NCBI RefSeq assembly: GCF_006345805.1
Contig: NW_021832372.1
Span: forward strand, 1-31,427
Source of the DNA: Octopus sinensis
Taxonomy: Eukaryota
Direction of reading: 5' to 3'
DNA: 31,427 bases
Shown: positions 22,005 to 31,427 of the stretch, piece by piece
Layout of the letters: the number at the start of each line of letters is the position of its first letter
Numbering within the stretch: the stretch's first letter is position 1
Notes under the pieces: model-generated
Database searches by the model: none
What the model was told of the DNA's origin: nothing
The model's input: only the letters and a program-made list of their open reading frames with translations
Made by a program: the position numbers and the translations under genes

Positions 22005-22208
22005 TGTGTTTGTCCACCCAACATCGCCTGACATCCGATGCTGGTGTGTTTACGTCCCCGTAACTTAGTAGTGCGGCAAAAGAGAGAGTGATAGAATAAG
22101 TACTAGGCTTACAAAGAATAAGTCCTGGGGTCGATTTGCTCGACTAAAGGCAGTGCTCCAGCATGGCCACAGTCAAATGACTGAAACAAATAAAAGAGTA
22201 AAGGAGTA
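21773..22208 (+). mobile_element. Full-length tRNA-headed SINE, family B
   Basis: A-box-like tggctgtgtgg, stem ggtaag..cttacc, B-box-like ggttcagttcc, body with internal (TA)(TG)n, 3' end agtcaaatgactgaaacaaataaaagagtaaaggagta. Confidence 0.92.
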
Positions 22209-22552
22209 TGTTTAAACATAACAGATCAGATATTGTTGCTAGCGACAGAAAAGAATAAGTATGGAGCGACATGAAGGTCAGCTGTCAAGTTGATGTTAAT
22301 GAATATCTCCTTAAAAATCAAAGAGAAATTGGATAGCTATAGAGAGCTTCTTCGAAACCCTCAGCTTCTATATCCAGACTATTAATTCACATTTATAGCA
22401 ATACTATTTGCTGCATTTGGTTTTGTGAGTAAATGACGAAGTGAGAGTCTGGTTAAGATATGGATTTCAGAACAAGAAATCAGCCAACTCGCACATTACA
22501 AGTACAATTTAGAAGTGGAACGGTAAAAATGTGCAAGATTTGCCAAGTTTGA
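22208..22552 (+). pseudogene. RLE-type retrotransposon fossil, restriction-like endonuclease C-terminal part
   Basis: FKHNRSDIVASDRKE*VWSDMKVSCQVDV / NISLKIKEKLDSYRELLRNPQLLYPDY*FTFIAIL ... SGTVKMCK; decayed HNRPDI, E..C and K.EK..Y motifs of a PD-(D/E)xK RLE domain. Confidence 0.75.
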
Positions 22553-23355
22553 AATGTGCCATTGTTTTTCTTATCTGAATTTCAAAGATGGAATTTTGTA
22601 TCTTTGTTAGAACTCAATCTTTTGCTCAAAGGAAGAATTTAAATAATAAAAAAGTGGAGATAACATGTACACACATGTATATCACACTTAGGCAAACATA
22701 CGCCATTTTGTTAAGGAAGCTGCGTTCTCGCAAATGTTCCTTTAATATGGAGTTTCTTGCTTGATACACGTTAGTAATTGTACGAGGACTCAAAGGGGTC
22801 TGCACTTTGCATGCGGAGTTACAGTTATTCACGTTACGATAACATTTTCAGGAGCGTAACACAAAATTTGCTTGCATTATATTTTTAACTATTCTTGAAC
22901 TTCCTCATGTACAGAATACGACATCACATTAATTAATGTGTTTTTGTAATTGTAAATGTTGCAAAAATGTCTTATTTAATGTAGGCATTTTATCATTAAT
23001 TTATAATTTCTTCATGCGCCTATATTTTCCGAACATTTTATTCTTGGACAACGACGCTAGGCAACATTTAAAGTGCTTGAGAAATTTACTGATTTTTTTC
23101 TTCATCATTTCTATTTAGGCTTTTTACATAAACTCCTTTAACATTTCCGTTTAATGTTGTTTAGTTTTCATCTATTTTCGGAATAAATTTGATTTGGTTT
23201 TGCATTGTGTTTGAAATATGCTGATGGGGAAAACCGATTTAAAATCCAATGCCCACCCAGTTGATGAACTGTGTGCGAATGCTTAGGGGTGTTTATTAAA
23301 TCGCTATGGAAGCCCTGCCATATGGCATCTTAAGATATGTCTATCTTTTACATAC

Positions 23356-23500
23356 GGGCATGGCTTTGTGGCAGCCCCTAAGTCTCGAGTTCTATCTAAC
23401 TGCACGGATCTTGAGCAAGTGTTTTCTTCTCTTCTATAGTCCAGACCCGACCAATGCCTTTTGAGTGAATATGAGAAATGGAAACTTGCAATCCGTGGAC
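23356..23500 (+). mobile_element. Degenerate SINE family B 5' half
   Basis: gggcatggctttgtgg ... ttgagcaagtgttttcttctcttctatagtccagacccgaccaatgccttttgagtg. Confidence 0.6.
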
Positions 23501-23517
23501 ATCTCTATCTAACTCTC

Positions 23518-23609
23518 CCTCTTCCTCTCTCTCTCTCTCTCACACACACTCTCTCTCTCTCTATCTATCTGTCTATCTATCTATCTATCTATCTATGTAT
23601 CTATCTATA

Positions 23610-23664
<55 letters not shown>

Positions 23665-23951
23665 ATACATTTACATAAACACATCTCTTTGTCGGATTAC
23701 CATTTGAGATGGAATTAACATGTGGCAACCGACAGAGGGAAGTATGTAAGTTGGTATATATATAAGTATGTAAGTATACATACATACTTCTCTTAGGATA
23801 TTTATCCTAGGCTAACAGGTGTGACACGGATATAATATATACCATCGGATTAAACTTTAAGACGGAATTAGGTGGTAGCCAACAAAGAGAAGTATGCGAG
23901 CTCTTAAGAGCGCATTCTGAGGCTTTCGCTCGAACGAAACCAAGCGTGTAA

Positions 23952-24037
<86 letters not shown>
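23518..24037. repeat. (CT)n/(TATC)n tracts at 23518-23665 and 23952-24037
   Basis: Direct. Confidence 0.85.
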
Positions 24038-24084
24038 CACATACATATATATGTGTGTGAATATGTGTGGGTGTGCGCATGTGT

Positions 24085-24302
24085 ATGCCTTGGTCTCTGT
24101 CCAACACCGTCTACCGCTTAACAATCGTTGATGGTGTCTTTACATCTCCTTATCTAACGGTTCTCCAAAAGGAATTGATAAAATAAATAATACCAGACTT
24201 GTAAAAGAAAACATTCTGAAGTCACTGCATTCTACTAAACGCTTCAAAGTGGTGTCCAAGCAAGGACGCAGTCTAGTAATTCAAACAAGTTAAAGATAAA
24301 AG
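24085..24302 (+). mobile_element. Highly degenerate SINE family B 3' half
   Basis: ccgcttaacaatcgttgatggtgtctttac ... taccagacttgtaaaag ... gtggtgtccaagcaaggacgcagtc ... aaacaagttaaagataaaag. Confidence 0.55.
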
Positions 24303-24494
24303 TTGTAACTCTAAATGAACATCGTACACAGCGTTTTTATGAATGATTTTTCTTTACTTTAAATTCATTAATGAAATATAAGAAGACAGTAAAATGAATA
24401 ATTTAAAGAGACTTGTGTGTCTTGTATGCAAGTATCGCTTTAAATTGTGGGTTAATAATAATTTCTACTATAAGCCCAAGTTTTGTAATTTCGG

Positions 24495-24593
24495 AGGAGG
24501 GGTATGGTTGATTACATCGACCCCACTACTGAACTGGAACTTATTTTATCGACCCCAAAAGGCAAAGACAACCACGGCTGAATTTGATTGTCG

Positions 24594-24595
<2 letters not shown>
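24495..24595 (-). mobile_element. SINE family A fragment
   Basis: gattacatcgacccc ... cttattttatcgaccccaaaaggcaaag ... gaatttga. Confidence 0.7.
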
Positions 24596-24630
<35 letters not shown>

Positions 24631-24659
24631 GTGTGTATGTGTGTGTGTGTGTTTGGGCG

Positions 24660-24864
24660 TCTGTGTTTGTCCACCCACCATCGCTTGACAACCGATGTTG
24701 GTGTGGTTACGTCCGTGTAGCGTAGCAGTTCGACAAAAGATGCCCGATATAATAAGTAATAAGCTTACAAAGAATAAGTCCTGGGGTCGATTTGTTCACC
24801 TAAAAGGTGGTGCTCCAACATAGCCCAGTCAAATGACTGAAACAAGGAACAAAAAAGAATAAAA
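24660..24864 (+). mobile_element. SINE family B 3' half
   Basis: tctgtgtttgtccacccaccatcgcttgacaaccgatg ... caaagaataagtcctggggtcgatttg ... cagtcaaatgactgaaacaag. Confidence 0.85.
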
Positions 24865-24994
24865 TAATATATATATATATTATATATATATATATATATA
24901 TGCACACATATACATACACACACACATATATACACACATATACCTACACACACATGTATGTTAGCATATATATATATACATATATGTATATATA

Positions 24995-25219
24995 CTGTTG
25001 TGTCTGAGGAGGGTCACTCTCTTTTAGTGCCTTATAGTTTATTTTTCTAAAAATTTTGGCTGCGTCTTGCAAACTTTTCAATGGTCAAAACAATTGAAAA
25101 GTTTACAAGACGCAACAAAAAGTTTTAGTAAAATAAAAAAGAAATAAGTGGAAATTTTACCGGGAAGTGTGTTAAATTATAAGACACTAAAAGAGAATTA
25201 CTCTCCCCAGACACAACAG
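24995..25219. mobile_element. Foldback MITE with ~47-bp TIRs and an internal palindrome
   Basis: ctgttgtgtctgaggagggtcactctcttttagtgccttatagttta versus reverse complement of the right end ctgttgtgtctggggagagtaattctcttttagtgtcttataattta. Inner palindrome gcgtcttgcaaacttttcaat / attgaaaagtttacaagacgc. TA on the left flank. Confidence 0.85.
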
Positions 25220-25527
25220 ATTACGCTGCAACACACGAACTCACATAAAGAATCTTGCAAACCAAATCCCCAAATTAAATATATATATATATATATATAT
25301 ATATAAGCTTTGAAATGATTATTATGAGATACAAATAGGACGAAAGTTATTTTCAAACGCACAAACGCAAATAGAACGGCAGAGATTGGACAAGCCATGG
25401 CTGCTGACAAATTTTTCCGCTTTGTATGGATATCTTATTCAGTCTCTGCTATTCTATCAGCGTTTATGCGTTTGAAAATAAATTATCATCTCTGCTGTAC
25501 CCCGCAATTTATATACATACACATATA

Positions 25528-25599
<72 letters not shown>

Positions 25600-25663
25600 T
25601 ACACACATATATACATACACACATATATAAATGCATATATATATATACATATATGTATATATA

Positions 25664-25840
25664 CTGTTGTGTCTGAGGAGGGTCACTCTCTTTTAGTGCC
25701 TTATAGTTTATTTTTCTAAAAATTTTGGCTGCGTCTTGCAAACTTTTCAATGGTCAAAACAATTGAAAAGTTTACAAGACGCAACAAAAAGTTTTAGTAA
25801 AAAAAAAGAAATAAGTGGAAATAAGTGGAAATAAGTGGAA
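25664..25840. mobile_element. Duplicated MITE copy that has lost its right TIR
   Basis: Identical to 24995-25153, then gaaataagtg x3, then a jump to cacgaactc. Confidence 0.85.
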
Positions 25841-25888
25841 CACGAACTCACATAAAGAATCTTGCAAACCAAATCCCCAAATTAAATA

Positions 25889-25923
<35 letters not shown>

Positions 25924-26145
25924 AGCTTTGAAATGATTATTATGAGATACAAATAGGACGAAAGTTATTTTCAAACGCACAAACGCAAATAGAACGGCAG
26001 AGATTGGACAAGCCATGGCTGCTGACAAATTTTTCCGCTTTGTATGGATATCTTATTCAGTCTCTGCTATTCTATCAGCGTTTATGCGTTTGAAAATAAA
26101 TTATCATCTCTGCTGTACCCCGCAATTTATATACATACACATATA

Positions 26146-26215
<70 letters not shown>

Positions 26216-26247
26216 TACACACATATATACATACACACATATATAAA

Positions 26248-26281
<34 letters not shown>

Positions 26282-26526
26282 TGTATGTAAGAATATATGT
26301 ATGTAAAAGTGTGTGTCCGTGCACATGTGTGTAAACCTGTTCAGTCAAGATCACTAAACCAGTGATCGGTCTAAGATTGCTCGTTAATTTACAGATAAAT
26401 TATAGCATTAAAAAAATCCATAACCTTTTAATGAGAAGACAAACTCAAGACAATCATCTAACAGCTAATTGGCTGGACACTTATCAATATTTATGCAGCG
26501 TGCCTTTATATGTGTATGCATGAAAA

Positions 26527-26738
26527 AGAGGCAAGCTGGCAGAATCGTTAGCATGACTGACCAAGTGGTTGGCATTTCGTTCATCTTTACGTTCTCAATT
26601 CAAATGTCATTGAGATCGATTTTGCTCTTCGTCCTTTAGTGGGGGTCGATAAAATAAGTGCCAGTTTGAGCACTAGAGTCGATGTAGTCAACCATCCTGC
26701 TCAAAATATCAGTCCTCGTTCCTACAGAAGAACAGATA
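26527..26738 (+). mobile_element. Degenerate SINE family A
   Basis: gaggcaagctggcagaatcgttagc ... tttacgttctcaattcaaat ... ggggtcgataaaataagtgccagt. Confidence 0.8.
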
Positions 26739-27104
26739 TGTATATATTCCCGAGTACTTTTAAAAGAGTGAAATACTTAGTTTATGCCTGATGTGTTCGT
26801 AGTCTCTGTCCCGTTTGCCTTTGTTTATTTATTTATCTATTCACTTATTCATTTATTTATTTACTTACTTGTTTTTTTATTGAGGATTCATTTGTTTGTT
26901 GCCAGTTTGTGTTCTTCCAATATTATGAGATCGATACTCGTGACGTATAAATATTTGCCACGAAATTTTCCACAAGATTCGAGGTTTAGAGTCACAAACT
27001 GGCATCGGTTATTTCGTCGAGGTCGGCGTGTTACGATGCGGGTTTGTAACATATACATATCTGACCATGCGTAATATTTTCGTTTATGTAAAACTATGTA
27101 AGGA

Positions 27105-27405
27105 TTAGTACCGGCTGAACCAATTAGGATTCCCTGTTAAACCACAATATGCATAGGTCATTGAAGTGCCGCAGAAAGTAAATTTAAAGTTATATTCTCG
27201 CGTCATGCTGGCGAACAAAGTCCCCACCTGGACTGGATGCCATTCCGTCGCACCCTCACTTATTTTTGCAACCTGAGTGGACAGGAGCAATGTGAAATGA
27301 AGTGTTTTGCTCAACAACACAACGTGTTGCTCGGGTCCAGGAGTCAAAGACAGTATGCTATGATCATGAGTCTAACACCCTGACCACTAAGGCACGCGGC
27401 TTCAC
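27105..27405 (-). mobile_element. tRNA-headed SINE, family C (possible V-domain-like core)
   Basis: Reverse complement gtgaagccgcgtgccttagtggtcaggg ... gttgtgttgttgagcaaaacacttcatttcacattgctcctgtccactcag ... gcgacggaatggcatccagtccagg. The core matches 30410-30470; the V-domain label is from memory. Confidence 0.7.
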
Positions 27406-27606
27406 TTTTGGAATGTTTTCGGTGAATCAGTTAACATTCTTTGTTGTGCTGTTTTGTGCCGTTGTATGCAAATAATTTTCAAGAAATCGAGCACACATAC
27501 GCAGCCGACATATAAACCACTTCATAGTATGGAAAAATGAATTGCCAAAATGGAATTTCGAAACTTATTGGGGTCTCATCAGTGGTGTGTACATCACTTT
27601 GTGTGC

Positions 27607-27656
<50 letters not shown>

Positions 27657-28629
27657 GGGTATATTATATATGTACATATACATATTTATCTATCTATCTA
27701 TATCTATCTATCTATATATATATATAATTAAAATGCTTACAACATACAACTATTAAACGACAGCTTTATGTTACTCCACCGTATTCTAAGATCAGTATCC
27801 GACTTATCTTGGGGTCCGACATACTGAAATACATAGATTGTAACGGCTCCTACAACTGACCTATATATATGTGTTTGTGTGTATACATGTATATATAATA
27901 TATATAATACATATATATATATATATGAGTGTATAAAAGTACATATATATATATGTGTGTATGTGTGTGTGTTTGGTTTGAGAGTTAGATACACATATAC
28001 TCGTACTTCACTATACTGAAGTATACAGGCGTAGAAGAAGGGAGAAAGAGAGAGAAAGAGGGAGAAGAAAATAAACCAAAAACAATTATTTAGTAGATTC
28101 ACTTAAATAATTCAAACATAAAATAAATAAACACATCTGCTATGGTCTGGCAGCGTTGATGCGGCCAGTGATTCTTTTGCAAAAGATCGATATCGGCGGT
28201 GGCGGTCAGCTAGGTAGCAGTGGCATTGCTCATAGTAGTGGCTTAACAGAAACATGGCTACCATGATATACACATAGGACGATACCAATAAGTCATTCGC
28301 GCCTAAATGCGATTCGGACAGCAGACAGTTTATATATTGCAATCAACGTCCAGATATTGATTTGTGTAAAATCAATAACGTAAACTCCGAATTTTGTCGC
28401 TGGCATGTCTTGCCTCTACCACACGCAAAGAAGTTGTTCTTGCTGTGGTTGCTGTTGTTGTTGTAGGTTTTCTTGTGGTTTTGTTGAGTTTTTTTGTTAG
28501 TTTAGGTATTTTTTGTTTTGGTAGTTTAGTTTAGTTTGGGTTGTCTTAAGTATGTTCCTAAACAGATATACATGCACACACATACATGCATAAATACGTA
28601 CTTACATCTATAACAGAGGCATACACACC

Positions 28630-28642
28630 ACACACACATATA

Positions 28643-28686
<44 letters not shown>

Positions 28687-28866
28687 TATGCATATGTGTA
28701 TGCGTGTATGTATGTGTATGTACTTGTATATATATATACATATATATATATAATATATATATAATATATATATATATGTATATATATGCATATATATATA
28801 TACACATATATACATATATGTACAAATACACACGCGACATACACACCACACACAACGTACACACAG

Positions 28867-28906
<40 letters not shown>

Positions 28907-29241
28907 GTGAAATGAGCGAGTTCTGTTGGTCTATTTTTACAGTGTATGTACCTAAGTGTTAGTGCGGTAGGACAGTCTGTCTGTGATAACAAGTGTGTGC
29001 ATACTTCTACACATGTGTGTGTGTATGTGTCTGTCTGTGTGTATACGTATGCATAGGTACATGTTCATGTTTGTGTGTGTATGGTGTCAGTTCTTGTTTC
29101 CCTCTCCAAACCTAGATAAACAAATTAATTATAGTTTTGAATCACGATGGCCGAGAAAAGTGAATGAGGTGATGGTAGTGGTGGTGGTGTCATCCCGGGT
29201 TAGTCTGGTTGAATAAAATCTCTTTGGTGAAGTGTGTGCTA

Positions 29242-29287
<46 letters not shown>

Positions 29288-29331
29288 ATATATATATAAT
29301 ATATAAAATATATATATATATATATATATAC

Positions 29332-29397
<66 letters not shown>

Positions 29398-29701
29398 TAT
29401 ATGTATATAATATATACATATATATATATATGTGTATATATATATATATGTATATATATACATATATGTATGTATATATATATATACATATGTATATTTG
29501 TGTGTGTGTGTTCTTTCTGTGTCTGTATCTATTCCCTCTCTGTCTTCTCTCTCTCTCTCTGACTTCACTCTCTCTCTCCTCTCTGACTCTCTCTCTCTCT
29601 CTCTCTCTCATCATCTGTGTGTATGTATATATGTATGCATATATACATAATAATACATATATATATATGCATAACACATACTACATACACACACAACACA
29701 C

Positions 29702-29735
<34 letters not shown>

Positions 29736-29956
29736 TTCATATGTATATATGTGTGTGTGTGTATATATATATATGTACATATATATGTGTAAATATATAT
29801 ATATGCATATATGTATATGTATGTATGTACCTATGTTTGTGTATATGTATGTCCAAGCGGACACAGGAATAAAAGACTGAGCTTCTAGTCTTGATTTTAC
29901 GTTTATTTGTGTGTTTGTTGCGTGCACATATATCTTTATACATACACATATTCATT

Positions 29957-29988
<32 letters not shown>

Positions 29989-30172
29989 TACGCTCTCTCT
30001 CTCTCTCTCTCTGCCTCACACACATATGCATGTATAGACATATTTATATACATATATACCTATACGTTTGTGCTAAAACGTCTTTGTACAAGAGTGTGCT
30101 AGAGAAATAAAGAGAAAGAAATGTAAGCGAGAAACAGGTTAACAATGTGTGAGAGAGTAAGAGAGATTCTTG

Positions 30173-30220
<48 letters not shown>

Positions 30221-30240
30221 GTATGTATATGTATGTGTAT
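28630..30240. repeat. Large (TA)n/(CA)n/(CT)n microsatellite field with short unique spacers
   Basis: Direct (main tracts 28630-28906, 29243-29830, 29955-30240). Confidence 0.9.
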
Positions 30241-30335
30241 ATTGCCTACAGAAAATACTGTCACTTCCCATTCTTGAAGTGTTCCTGAAGACGTACATTT
30301 GTTCTGTATATACTTTATACTGCTGTTATTTATAA

Positions 30336-30665
30336 AGTCGCATTACACAGTGGCATGAGCGTCCGGCTCACAATCATGACGTAGTGAGTTCGATTCCCGG
30401 ATCGGGTTGTGTGTTGTGTGTTGTGTTGTTGAACAAGGCGCTTTATTTCACGTTGCTCCAGTTCGCTCAGAACTGTAGAAATGAGTTGTGACGTCACTGG
30501 TGCCAAGCTGTATCGGTCATTGCCTTTCCCTTGGACAACATCAGTGGTGTGAAGAGAGTAAATTGGTATACATGGGTGACTGATAGACTTCTGTAAATAA
30601 TATTGCCGGGACCTGTGCCTCGGATAGTGACTTTCATGGTTCTTCGTAACTGAAGGAGGTCTTTA
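30336..30665 (+). mobile_element. tRNA-headed SINE, family C variant
   Basis: B box gagttcgattcc at 30386-30397, then gttgtgttgttgaacaaggcgctttatttcacgttgctccagttcgctcag; the 3' half differs from the 27105-27405 copy. Confidence 0.75.
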
Positions 30666-30918
30666 CCATTTTATTTTGTCATTTATTTAGACCATTTATT
30701 GTTGTTTGAGCTCTCCCATGGATACACTTTCTACAAAATGACCGACAGTCCTTGTTTTTGTGGTATATTCTATGAAGATTAGATTGACAAATGTAATAGA
30801 TTAGCTTTTCTGATTTTTGCACCGCAATTTGGCCAGAATTCGACTTCCATTTCTAGCAGTTATCTCTGTGTATGTGTATGTGTGCGGTCGCATGCTTCAA
30901 TCTCTAAATGACATTATA

Positions 30919-31427
30919 TTGAGTTGTCCGGAATGTTCGTGTCGATTTATAGCAGCTTACATTTCGACTTGTTTTAGAACATGGTTGAGTCCATAAAATA
31001 GTATTTGACTACACCTCCAGTTTAAGATATCTTTTCGTGTAAGAAAGTTTATGTTCCTATAACCTGTGTTAATTCTGTAACCCTTTACAATGGAAGATAA
31101 GAAAGTTCATTTTCGGCACTTGATGCTTTGGGAACCAGACAAAAATTACTGCAGCACCCTCGATATTCACCAGATATTGCTCCTTCGGATTACCACTCAT
31201 TCAGGTCTCTGCAGAATAGTCTTAATGGTAAAAAATTCAATTCCTAGGATGATGTAAAAAGACACCTTGATGAATTCTTTGTCATGAACCCACCCCAATT
31301 CTGGGAAGAAGGTATTTTCAAGTTAAAGGAATGATGGAGACGCATTGTGCAACAAAGTGCTTCATATTTGGTTTATTAAAAATGTAATGGCAGATATTAA
31401 TTGACCTTTTTCTTTCCTTTAAAAATC
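30919..31427 (+). mobile_element. Internally deleted mariner transposon (right TIR runs off the window)
   Basis: TA at 30917-30918, then TIR ttgagttgtccggaatgttcgtgtcgattt; the window ends aaaatc, the start of the reverse-complement TIR. Confidence 0.88.
31090..31379 (+). pseudogene. Mariner transposase remnant
   Basis: MEDKKVHFRHLMLWE joined out of frame to TRQKLLQHPRYSPDIAPSDYHSFRSLQNSLNGKKFNS*DDVKRHLDEFF ... KE*WRRIVQQSASYLVY*; contains the YSPDxAPSDY mariner motif. Confidence 0.9.

Larger units (their letters stand above)
24964..26248. repeat. Near-identical tandem duplication (units 24964-25632 and 25633-26248)
   Basis: Offset is 669 bp at the MITE start (24995 versus 25664); the unique segments 25305-25510 and 25923-26125 appear identical. 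Confidence 0.92.

Noticed and set aside
25808-25840. CRISPR-like direct repeats GAAATAAGTG x3
   Set aside because: No spacers, only 10 bp long, eukaryotic context; this is a slippage product.
29243-29480. Irregular interruptions in (TA)n tracts (tatta, ataat) as an encoded pattern
   Set aside because: They are consistent with slippage or long-read indel errors; the same tracts differ between otherwise identical duplicate units at 25520-25600 and 26140-26215.

Overview
This is AT-rich eukaryotic non-coding DNA made up almost entirely of microsatellites and layered, decayed mobile elements. The repeat make-up looks cephalopod (Octopus-like); that is my recognition, not a database result. No host protein-coding gene can be supported, and nearly all ORFs in the supplied track are microsatellite translations. 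The main structure is a ~1.24 kb head-to-head palindromic element (7777-9017). Each arm has a tRNA-like Pol III head, a (TAA)n spacer and a Penelope-type end containing a minimal type I hammerhead ribozyme. The ribozyme core is intact in the right arm (8882-8927) and destroyed in the left arm. The whole palindrome is flanked by an exact 13-bp target-site duplication and splits a Tc1/mariner (maT-like) transposase fossil. The window also holds a second hammerhead-like repeat family (two decayed copies), at least three tRNA-headed SINE families, an RLE-type (R4/Dong-like) LINE fossil split by a full-length SINE, a foldback MITE inside a recent ~670-bp tandem duplication, and an internally deleted mariner at the right edge. 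All alignments and counts were done by eye, so degenerate boundaries are approximate.
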